Part shown: piece after piece, positions 56,187 to 64,000 of the stretch
Layout of the letters: each line of letters starts with the position of its first letter
Position numbering within the stretch: position 1 is the first letter of the stretch
IMG/VR virus record: IMGVR_UViG_3300027736_000023
Length of the DNA stretch: 64,000 nucleotides
DNA from: an uncultured virus (IMG/VR IMGVR_UViG_3300027736_000023)
Taxonomy: Duplodnaviria > Heunggongvirae > Uroviricota > Caudoviricetes
Strand: one strand, 5' to 3'
Position numbers and translations under genes: made by a program
The notes under the pieces: model-generated
Database searches by the model: none
Told to the model about the DNA's origin: nothing
What the model saw: the letters and a program-made list of their open reading frames with translations, nothing else

Positions 56187-56660
56187 ATGATATACGCAAA
56201 TTCTTTTAGTCAATTTAACGAGGCTAATTCAACCGAACCTGAAGAGCCTATTGAATTATTTTGGTATTATGGAATAGCCGACTGTCACGGCCTTGAGTCT
56301 TTTATTAAAGAACCTAATCGTGAGGTATGGACCGAAGTTGACTTTTTAAATTCAATTGGGGTATCTGATATAAGTTCAGCCAATTTAGACGATAAAAAAG
56401 CATTTAATGGTCAATTAAATATGATGCAGATGCGGTGTAGCGCAAATATGCAGAGACACCCAGTTATATACCGAGTACTAATGGAAACAGATGATGCAGA
56501 TATGGTACAAGATCAACTAGACCGTGGTGACTATATTATGGGACTTAAGATTGTAAAAGCAAATTCCAAAGAGATTCAATTAGCTAGAGGAACTGGTAGA
56601 AATCTTGAAAAACAGTGGGCAAAGATTCCAAATCCTGAGTTGGATCCTATGCACGGGTAA
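56187..56660 (+). CDS. hypothetical protein (putative internal head protein)
   Basis: SFSQFNE; GIADCHGLESF. Confidence 0.7.
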   Translation: MIYANSFSQFNEANSTEPEEPIELFWYYGIADCHGLESFIKEPNREVWTEVDFLNSIGVSDISSANLDDKKAFNGQLNMMQMRCSANMQRHPVIYRVLMETDDADMVQDQLDRGDYIMGLKIVKANSKEIQLARGTGRNLEKQWAKIPNPELDPMHG

Positions 56661-56691
56661 CGTGCAGTTATTTCTATATTAATTTTTCGCT

Positions 56692-56700
56692 AATAAATAA
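56692..56700 (+). promoter_or_regulatory. putative late promoter AATAAATAA for the baseplate operon
   Basis: Recurrent box upstream of structural genes. Confidence 0.55.
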
Positions 56701-56722
56701 TATTAAATAGAAATTTTAATCT

Positions 56723-58753
56723 ATGTCATTTTCAGATTTTTTAGGTAGTTTATTTGCTGGGCCTATTACTCAACCGTCAGGTATTACGGAAGACTTTGCG
56801 GTCAACACGTCAGTTGATAAAATATTTAGTGGAATTAATTATTTACAAGCACTGTCGCAGGTCAAATCAAGAGCGGAATTAAGTACTTATTTAGATGAAG
56901 GGAAACTTGAATATGCTCCTAAAGCCGGCGGGTCTCTTCAATCTTCTACAACTGACTCTATTTTTAATAAATTTGCAATTTTTCGGTATCAAAATTTTAT
57001 GGGAGGCGGCAAATATAGGCCAGAACTTCATTTTATTGGAGCAAATAATGCCAATACGACCTTAGACAAAGATGAAGCTAGTTTTGATTCTAAAGTTAAT
57101 TTAGACGCGGCCGCTGCCGCAATATTAAATGAGCAAATTGGACAAAGGCCAGAAAGCGGGTTTAATAAAAAAAGAGGAGCGGCAGATGCTGATATACGAA
57201 GAACCGCTACAACATTAATAAATCCAAATGTTAAAAATATTATTGAATGGGCAAATAAAACTTCATCAATTTCAGTAACAGGTTATCAGCCGTATGCAAT
57301 GACTGATTTTATGTTTTGTAGAAATTATGGAAAAATTCCAAATAATAGGCTGGTTACACTTAGACGATATCCATTTCCAATAGATGATCAAATTAAAATT
57401 TTTCAAAAGGACGTCTATAAAAGCCCAATTCCAATAGCCCAAGCGGTAACCTGGTTTGGCGGAGATACTGGAAATACGCTAGCCGGAATTGGCGTACAGA
57501 ATTGGGGTATGTTTTTTAAAGATATAATAGTAACACCGCAAGATATTACAGGTAATGAAGTAACCATTAAAGAGCTTCAAGCGCTGGTTAGCGGTCTTGC
57601 TGGAGCAAGCGAAAATGCAAAAGCGATAGTCAAAAATCTTGGATTATTAGCAGTTTCATTAGGTGGTACTGATGCAAACCTGCAACAAGCTAGTGGAATG
57701 GAAGAAAAGTTACAAGAATTTGCTAAAAATCAACTATATACAAATGGACCATATTGGAATAGAATTTTTGGACCGGTTAATGTAATTGATCGATCATCCC
57801 AAAGAGCTAGAGGAATGCAACCGGGTTGGAATACTACCTTTGACCTAAATTTTCATTATCAATTTAGATCATTTAATGGACTAAGTCCAAAGATTGTTGC
57901 CCTGGATCTTATTGCCAGCTTTTTAAATTTAACGTATAATGATGCCCAATTTTTAGGGCAATTGGCTAGATATTTTCCAAGACCAGGTTTAAAATTTAAC
58001 CCAACTATTACTGAACAACTTGGTGCCTTAATAACCAGTGCAGGAACAACATTTGATGCTAATATAACAAGTCAAATACTTGCACTCATTAGCTCAGCAA
58101 CGGCAGCAATGTCTGCGGCTACCGGTTTGGAAAAATCCGAAACTTTGCTTGCTAAAGGTCTTAAAACTGCAAAAAAAGCTGCACAAGTATTTGCAGCCGA
58201 TACGCTAAAGGCGGCATTGCCTGACATATTAATAGCTAAGTCAACCCTATCTGATAGACCAGTTGGTGAATGGCACCTAGTAGTAGGAAATCCAATGAAT
58301 CCTATTATGGTAATGGGGGATTTATTATGCAGTAAATGTGTAATGACATTTGATACAGAAATTGGTCCTGAAGACTTTCCAACTGGTGTAACCTTTAAAG
58401 TTACTCTACAACAGGGTAAACCTAGAGATAAGGTGTCAATTGAAAGAATGTTTAATTTAGGAGAAAGTCAATTGATGTCAACTAAATTAACTCCAACCTC
58501 TAGTGAAAAGGATACATTTGGAGAGGACAATACTAAACTATTTACTGAATTAACAACTGGCACGCCAACATCAGTAGTGAAGGCTCTAGAAGCCAATAAG
58601 TATTTTACAAACTATAGAAATAGAGTTAGGGGATCGTATGGTTATAGTGCAGCTACTGACGCTAAAGGCGAGCCAGTAACGGAACAATCGCAAGGTCAGG
58701 TTGATGATTCATTGTTATATATGTATTTTAGTAAATTACTAGATCGTCAATAA
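56723..58753 (+). CDS. putative baseplate/tail-tube initiator structural protein
   Basis: First gene of the baseplate operon; C-terminal WHLVVGNP...DFPT..TFKVTL resembles tube-fold proteins (inference). Confidence 0.55.
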   Translation: MSFSDFLGSLFAGPITQPSGITEDFAVNTSVDKIFSGINYLQALSQVKSRAELSTYLDEGKLEYAPKAGGSLQSSTTDSIFNKFAIFRYQNFMGGGKYRPELHFIGANNANTTLDKDEASFDSKVNLDAAAAAILNEQIGQRPESGFNKKRGAADADIRRTATTLINPNVKNIIEWANKTSSISVTGYQPYAMTDFMFCRNYGKIPNNRLVTLRRYPFPIDDQIKIFQKDVYKSPIPIAQAVTWFGGDTGNTLAGIGVQNWGMFFKDIIVTPQDITGNEVTIKELQALVSGLAGASENAKAIVKNLGLLAVSLGGTDANLQQASGMEEKLQEFAKNQLYTNGPYWNRIFGPVNVIDRSSQRARGMQPGWNTTFDLNFHYQFRSFNGLSPKIVALDLIASFLNLTYNDAQFLGQLARYFPRPGLKFNPTITEQLGALITSAGTTFDANITSQILALISSATAAMSAATGLEKSETLLAKGLKTAKKAAQVFAADTLKAALPDILIAKSTLSDRPVGEWHLVVGNPMNPIMVMGDLLCSKCVMTFDTEIGPEDFPTGVTFKVTLQQGKPRDKVSIERMFNLGESQLMSTKLTPTSSEKDTFGEDNTKLFTELTTGTPTSVVKALEANKYFTNYRNRVRGSYGYSAATDAKGEPVTEQSQGQVDDSLLYMYFSKLLDRQ

Positions 58754-58771
58754 AAATATTAATTTTTATAA

Positions 58772-59359
58772 ATGTTAAATTTTAGGATACTATTAAATAA
58801 AGAGTCAATTACTAAACTAAATGGAGAAGTTGTTGTTGATTTAATTAGAAGATCAGTTTCTTTTTTAGGAATTAAATTAAATTCTGGTATGATATGTGTA
58901 GTAAATGAGGATACGGCAATGAGATCTGACCTTATTGCCAAAGCTTATTACCAAGACGCATCAATTTGTGATTTATTATTAAAATATAATGGTTATTCCA
59001 ATCCATTTGCACTAGATGTTAATGATGTAATTAGAATACCTGAAGTTTTACAATTAAGTAACTTTGTAAAACCTGGTGCACTATTAGAAATTGGAAAACC
59101 TCGTAAAAAGAAAGCAACCAATGTATTTCAACCAACTACTAAAAGGGATAAACGTAGACTTGATTTTTTAATTAAAAAGGCTGGAGCAAGGGCTGCCCCA
59201 ATTCCTCCAAATATTGCAATAAATAATGGAGTTACTCTTTCAAATGGTAAAATTATATTTGGAACAGATGTTACTAATATTAAAAAAGAAGACTGCCCAG
59301 AACCAATTTCTCGAACTAAATTAAAGGAATCACTGCTTAAAAATAAAATAAAAAATTAA
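58772..59359 (+). CDS. baseplate wedge protein (gp53/LysM-like)
   Basis: RSDLIAKAYY...LLKYNGYSNPF.L...DVIRIP. Confidence 0.75.
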   Translation: MLNFRILLNKESITKLNGEVVVDLIRRSVSFLGIKLNSGMICVVNEDTAMRSDLIAKAYYQDASICDLLLKYNGYSNPFALDVNDVIRIPEVLQLSNFVKPGALLEIGKPRKKKATNVFQPTTKRDKRRLDFLIKKAGARAAPIPPNIAINNGVTLSNGKIIFGTDVTNIKKEDCPEPISRTKLKESLLKNKIKN

Positions 59360-59360
59360 A

Positions 59361-60890
59361 ATGGCAATTATTTTAAAAAAGCTTGATCCAAAAATTCAGC
59401 CTAGTACAATTGAAGTTCCAGATAATGAGTCTACAAAGGCTAAAAAAGAGGCTAAAATTATGTCGCCGGCTACCGTTGGCTTCAAGCAAAATAATGGATT
59501 AATTGAACCGTTAATAAAAATAGGAAGTATTATATTATCCCCTGGCAAAATTAAGTCACTAAAAATTTGGCAAGATGAATTAGTTCCAAGAATACTAATT
59601 ACAATTATTGATCTTGATTCAGAATTTAGTGCTGGAAGATTTCCTATTTCAAATATATTAATTAGTGTATTTATAAAATCACCTATTAAAAATCTTAAAG
59701 GAATGGCTTGCGATTTTATAATAACTAATGTAAACTCATTTAATATATCAGATAGGCAAATTCAATATACATTCACTGGAGATATGCATATTCCAAAATT
59801 GCATACGAATATATCAAAAGCTTTTAGCCAAGTTACATCAGTTGATGCACTATTACTAATTGCAAATGATTTACAACTTGGATTTTCAGACAATTTAACT
59901 GAAAATACCAATGATAAAATGACCTGGTTAATTCCAAATTATTCATATAAATCTGCAATTACTCATATTTGTAAAATGGCATACGGTAATGAACAACAAT
60001 TTTTTGACTGTTTTATTGATAGATATTATATGCTAAATTTTATTAATGTAGAAAAACAGTTTGAAAAAATGGATGAGGCACTAAATATTGCATATATTAA
60101 TCAAGATTTAAGTAATATTGGGGATTCAAATAGAGCAGATCCTGAAAAGGATTCAACCGAACCGGCTGAGGCGCCATTACGAATTACTAATCATCCAGCT
60201 TTTGCTAAAACTGAGCTTTATATAATAGACTATTCACTAGTTAGTAATCATGGAGAAATTTTAAAAAATAATTCACTAAAGCGAAATTTATATTGGTATG
60301 ATCACGGCGGAAATATTAAGGATGACTTAACTAAACCTGAAATTGGCGAAGGAAGCAAAGACTCGGATAATTTTAAAGAACAGTTTATTGAGCCCCTAAC
60401 TGGAAAACAGGATGAGGACGGAACATTTCCTCAAACAGCTAATGTTTCTGAATTTTTAGATAAAAAAACAGTAGTTGGTCAATGGGTTGGGATTGATTAT
60501 GGAAATGCCCATGCTCAGTATAAATTTTCACAATTAATAAATGATCATAATCATAAAGATATTGAAAAAAATATGTTAAAGGTTAAATTATCCGGATTTA
60601 GTAATAATATTATTAGAGGAAGTAGATTATCAGTTGACATTTATCTTGATCGAGTGGCAGCAAGTATGGCTGATAATAGTCGAACTGGTCCTGACTCAAC
60701 TGAGGCTCAAAAAAATATCACAGAAGCTGATAATAAAAATAAGGATAGAATATTACGCGATAAATTTTTATCAGATGCATACTACGTTAAAACAATTAGT
60801 TATAGCTATATGAATGGACTATTTGAAACTGACCTATTATTAACTAAACGAAATTGGATACCTATAGCTACTAAAAAAATTGAAACCTAA
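59361..60890 (+). CDS. putative baseplate hub protein (gp27-like)
   Basis: Lies between gp53-like and gp5-like genes; C-terminal LSDAYYVKTISY...LLLTKR. Confidence 0.5.
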   Translation: MAIILKKLDPKIQPSTIEVPDNESTKAKKEAKIMSPATVGFKQNNGLIEPLIKIGSIILSPGKIKSLKIWQDELVPRILITIIDLDSEFSAGRFPISNILISVFIKSPIKNLKGMACDFIITNVNSFNISDRQIQYTFTGDMHIPKLHTNISKAFSQVTSVDALLLIANDLQLGFSDNLTENTNDKMTWLIPNYSYKSAITHICKMAYGNEQQFFDCFIDRYYMLNFINVEKQFEKMDEALNIAYINQDLSNIGDSNRADPEKDSTEPAEAPLRITNHPAFAKTELYIIDYSLVSNHGEILKNNSLKRNLYWYDHGGNIKDDLTKPEIGEGSKDSDNFKEQFIEPLTGKQDEDGTFPQTANVSEFLDKKTVVGQWVGIDYGNAHAQYKFSQLINDHNHKDIEKNMLKVKLSGFSNNIIRGSRLSVDIYLDRVAASMADNSRTGPDSTEAQKNITEADNKNKDRILRDKFLSDAYYVKTISYSYMNGLFETDLLLTKRNWIPIATKKIET

Positions 60891-62431
60891 TGGCTTTATT
60901 ATCAACACCAATAAACGGAATTAACCGAAATAATACGTTTATTAAATCAGCAACGGATGATTTACAAGATCCATTATTTTTAACATTTAGACTTGATTTT
61001 TTTCCAGAAAGAGAGCAATATCCAGTAGGGGATGGCTTATATAATAGTAGTTTACTTAAACAGCCCGGCAGATTTAATGCAAGCGGCGATGGAGATGATA
61101 ACGGATCTACTGTTGAATATTCTACCCAAGACTGGTTAAAGCAATATTACGGCGCTGACTATCAAAGTGATAATATTAAAGTAGGCCACCCTAATCCATA
61201 CCTAGCGCTATATAAATTTAGAGAAGGATTGCGAGTATTACAAGATATGCCATGGTATTTTCAGTCAATTGGTGGAATTGGAGATCTTTGGAAAAGTGCA
61301 CAGGTTGGAATAACCGATGGAAGTAAGAAAATAACTGGCTTAACAATTAACTGTTTGGAATCAGTAATGCAGCCGTTGACTGATCTAGTTGAAAATTATA
61401 GATACGCAATATACGATCAAGACCGATTAGCATATCGAGTTCCAGAAAATTTAAGATGGTTTGATTTGGTAATTGACCTAGTTGAAATTAGAGAGATTGT
61501 TGATCGTGGTGATAATATATTTAGAAAGGACTCTGAAGGTCGTCTATTACAGGGACTAAAGGTAATTCAATTTAGGTGTAAAATGTGTGAATTTGACTTT
61601 AGCGATTTTTTAAATCCAGTTGGGGCACTTGATTATTATGCATATAATACAGATAAACCATTTTATCCAAGTTTTAAAATTAAAGTAGGTTGGGTTAATC
61701 AAGAAGTGGTTAATTTACAGGATGCAGCTGACCTGAAAACAATTGGATTATTTTCAGCACTATCAAATATTGTAGGTAATCGAATTAATAAATTTGTGCA
61801 AGGAGCCAGTAGATTGCCAGGGCAATTAATTGGGTCAGTACTTAATCCATTAACCTCAGCACTTGAAAGTAGCGTATTTGGTAATGCATATGAAGGTCTT
61901 TCTTCAGATCTTAAAAATATACCAAGAATAATGAATAAAATACAAGGTGTTACACCAACGGCTGATGTACCTATTCCATATGATACTGCTATCCTGTCTG
62001 GAACGGCTGATGTCTATCCAGATTCAATTGAAAATTATCCGGAAGTTAAAGAAGGACCACCGAATAGATTTAATCCAAATCCGCCTCCTGAAAATATATA
62101 TGACGATAAGGTATTAGCTGGAACAGCCGATGTATATCCAAATTCAACTAGAGAGCCGGTAGTTGGACCGCCAACTGGAACTGTTTATTCTAATCAAACG
62201 GAGTCAGTAGCTGAACCAACTGGAAATGCTTATCCTAATCAAACTGAGCCAGTAGCTGGACCGCCGACTGGAGATGTTTATCCTAATCGAACTGAGCCAG
62301 TAGCTGAACCAACTGGAAATGTTTATCCCAATCAAACTGAGCCAGCAGCTGGACCACCAACTGGAGATGTTTATCCTAATCGAACTGAGCCAGTAGCTGG
62401 ACCGCCGACTGGAAATGTTTATTCTACGTAA
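60890..62431 (+). CDS. putative tail/baseplate protein with C-terminal Pro-rich tandem repeats
   Basis: PWYFQSIGG, ITGLTINCLES; repeat tail. Confidence 0.55.
   Translation: MALLSTPINGINRNNTFIKSATDDLQDPLFLTFRLDFFPEREQYPVGDGLYNSSLLKQPGRFNASGDGDDNGSTVEYSTQDWLKQYYGADYQSDNIKVGHPNPYLALYKFREGLRVLQDMPWYFQSIGGIGDLWKSAQVGITDGSKKITGLTINCLESVMQPLTDLVENYRYAIYDQDRLAYRVPENLRWFDLVIDLVEIREIVDRGDNIFRKDSEGRLLQGLKVIQFRCKMCEFDFSDFLNPVGALDYYAYNTDKPFYPSFKIKVGWVNQEVVNLQDAADLKTIGLFSALSNIVGNRINKFVQGASRLPGQLIGSVLNPLTSALESSVFGNAYEGLSSDLKNIPRIMNKIQGVTPTADVPIPYDTAILSGTADVYPDSIENYPEVKEGPPNRFNPNPPPENIYDDKVLAGTADVYPNSTREPVVGPPTGTVYSNQTESVAEPTGNAYPNQTEPVAGPPTGDVYPNRTEPVAEPTGNVYPNQTEPAAGPPTGDVYPNRTEPVAGPPTGNVYST
62133..62428 (+). 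repeat. coding tandem repeat of alternating 48 and 45 bp units
   Basis: Encodes YPNQTEPVAGPPTGDV / YPNRTEPVAEPTGNV, about 6 copies. Confidence 0.9.
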
Positions 62432-62451
62432 ATAAAAAAGTGCTAAATAAT

Positions 62452-62478
62452 AAACCCATTATTAAATTATAGTATAAT
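62452..62478 (+). promoter_or_regulatory. putative promoter AAAC-N15-AGTATAAT
   Basis: Recurrent motif, 5 nt before ATG. Confidence 0.55.
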
Positions 62479-62483
62479 ATTAA

Positions 62484-63302
62484 ATGAATTACCACGAAGC
62501 CCAATCATCATCAAACACGGATCATAATTTTAATGCCTATTATGTAGGAACCGTTGAGGCAATAGACGATCCTAAATTTGAAGGGCGTTGTAAAGTTAAA
62601 GTATTTTCGCTATTTGATGATATTGATATTTCTGATTTACCATGGGCAACACCGGCCGCTAAACCTACAGTTTTCGGACAAGATGCGCGAGCTGGGTCTA
62701 TTTCAATTCCAAAAATAGGGGCAGTAGTTGGTATTAAATTTAATAATGGAGATATTTATTCTCCAGAATATTCTCAAATTCAAGAATTAGGAGAGGATAT
62801 TAAGGAAGAATTACAAAAAGGTAATACTCCTGAAACATTTAGAAAAAAATATGAAGGTTCTCATTTTATCCTATTTGATGGTGATGAAGAAATTAAATTT
62901 TGGTTTGACCGAGAAATTGGTTTACAAATGGAACTTAAAAAGTCATTTATTAGAATTGATAATGCAACTTCAAATATTTTAATAGAACACAAAGACAATC
63001 TCTCTCAAATTGGACTAGAAGATACAATTATTAGAGTAATTGCCGATTCTGAAGTTAGAATAACTGCAGGCACTAAAATTACTGCAACTTCAAAACTGGC
63101 TCATATAAATTCACAAACAACAATAGTTGGGGCAAGTGGAGTACAATATAGTGCAGTATTGGGAGAACCTCTTTTTGCAATACTTAAAGTAATGGCTGCA
63201 ACTATTGATGCAAAAGTACCGTCTACTGCTGGGGCACTAGGCGAAGCAGTCGATGCAGCAAAAGTTCAAGTTCTGTCTAGAACAGTAACAATTGGAACTT
63301 AA
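62484..63302 (+). CDS. baseplate central spike (gp5/gpV-like OB-fold, no lysozyme domain)
   Basis: YVGTVEAIDDPKFEGRCKVKVF...LPWA...IPKIGAVV. Confidence 0.85.
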   Translation: MNYHEAQSSSNTDHNFNAYYVGTVEAIDDPKFEGRCKVKVFSLFDDIDISDLPWATPAAKPTVFGQDARAGSISIPKIGAVVGIKFNNGDIYSPEYSQIQELGEDIKEELQKGNTPETFRKKYEGSHFILFDGDEEIKFWFDREIGLQMELKKSFIRIDNATSNILIEHKDNLSQIGLEDTIIRVIADSEVRITAGTKITATSKLAHINSQTTIVGASGVQYSAVLGEPLFAILKVMAATIDAKVPSTAGALGEAVDAAKVQVLSRTVTIGT

Positions 63303-64000
63303 AAAACTATCTTAAATTCATTTTCACAAGAGATTAAGGGCGTAGATTTAGTAATTGAGTCTAGATCGCCAAGGTGAGCACCTTTAAATTGAAGCAGTCC
63401 TGTTAATTTTGCACTGTCAATACTATCTGCCATTTCAGAAAGCTTATTTCGGTCTGGAAAATATCGACTTGATGCTAAATATTTAGATAAGAGGTCAGCC
63501 CTAACCATTTCCATATGATGCATTGAAATTTGACTACGCTCAAATATTCTAGACTTAAAATACGAATCGTCTATCATTCCGCGAGTAGGGTCAATGCCTG
63601 AAAAAATAAATTGACTTGCATGGTGTCTGGATTGTGAGGTTATTCTGTAAATAAATGGAACTCTCCATCTGGCATGACCACGGTGTAAAGTTGGAGTAAC
63701 ATAGTTTATATAGTGAACCGCTGTTGCATCTAAATTAAAAGTTTCAATTTCAGCCTTGGCCCAGCTAAACTCAGATTCTCTATAAAACTCGTCTGCATCC
63801 ATTGAAAGGTAATGAGTTGCACCTAATTTAAAGGCAAGCTCAAGACAACCTTGGCGCTTTACTAATTCAAATGACTTTGCCTGTAAAACTTCAGCTGGCG
63901 AAATTAATGAGCTTGGCTTAAAATTTTTAAATTCAATAAGTTCATCAATTAGGCCCAGATTTCGTAGCCGGGTAAGAGTCGGAATAAGTTCTGGCGTCGC
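63299..64000 (-). CDS. glycosyltransferase (GT2-like), 5'-truncated by window
   Basis: Frame stays open to the window end, adding ...KRQGCLELAFKLGATHYLS before MDADEFY (DxD motif); MHHM near C-terminus. Confidence 0.7.
   Translation of the reverse strand, partial: ATPELIPTLTRLRNLGLIDELIEFKNFKPSSLISPAEVLQAKSFELVKRQGCLELAFKLGATHYLSMDADEFYRESEFSWAKAEIETFNLDATAVHYINYVTPTLHRGHARWRVPFIYRITSQSRHHASQFIFSGIDPTRGMIDDSYFKSRIFERSQISMHHMEMVRADLLSKYLASSRYFPDRNKLSEMADSIDSAKLTGLLQFKGAHLGDLDSITKSTPLISCENEFKIVF

Noticed and set aside
62133..62428. CRISPR array
   Set aside because: The repeats are in-frame coding tandem units without unique spacers, and no cas genes are present.

Overview
AT-rich, gene-dense 64 kb segment of a large T4-like (myovirus, probably jumbo) bacteriophage genome read in the standard genetic code. 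Core genes: two type II topoisomerase subunits, neck gp13, baseplate gp25/gp53/gp5-like genes, portal gp20, gp2, gp4, primase gp61, the C-terminal half of a split family B DNA polymerase, UvsW, probable UvsY, a DinG-like helicase and a ClpC-like ATPase. Accessory genes: a PlcP/LpxH-like phosphoesterase with a GT2 glycosyltransferase, a GH19 endolysin-SpeD-GAF membrane protein operon, a glycan modification cluster, a lytic transglycosylase, and PA14, LRR, ART-like and Dps-like proteins. The most unusual signals are: (i) an ~840 nt non-coding array (16357-17186) in which structured RNAs alternate with two tRNA-like elements that share one acceptor stem but have aberrant anticodon arms; (ii) a short aromatic/Glu motif shared by about 19 unrelated proteins, which looks like a head-packaging or prohead-protease signal marking an injected enzyme set, including a 1013 aa ligase-nucleotidyltransferase-nuclease-like polyprotein; (iii) two phage promoter classes, one apparently giving leaderless mRNAs. 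The lack of obvious Shine-Dalgarno sites and a Flavo-1-like RNA suggest a Bacteroidota host (inference). All calls come from motif reading by eye; no searches were run.
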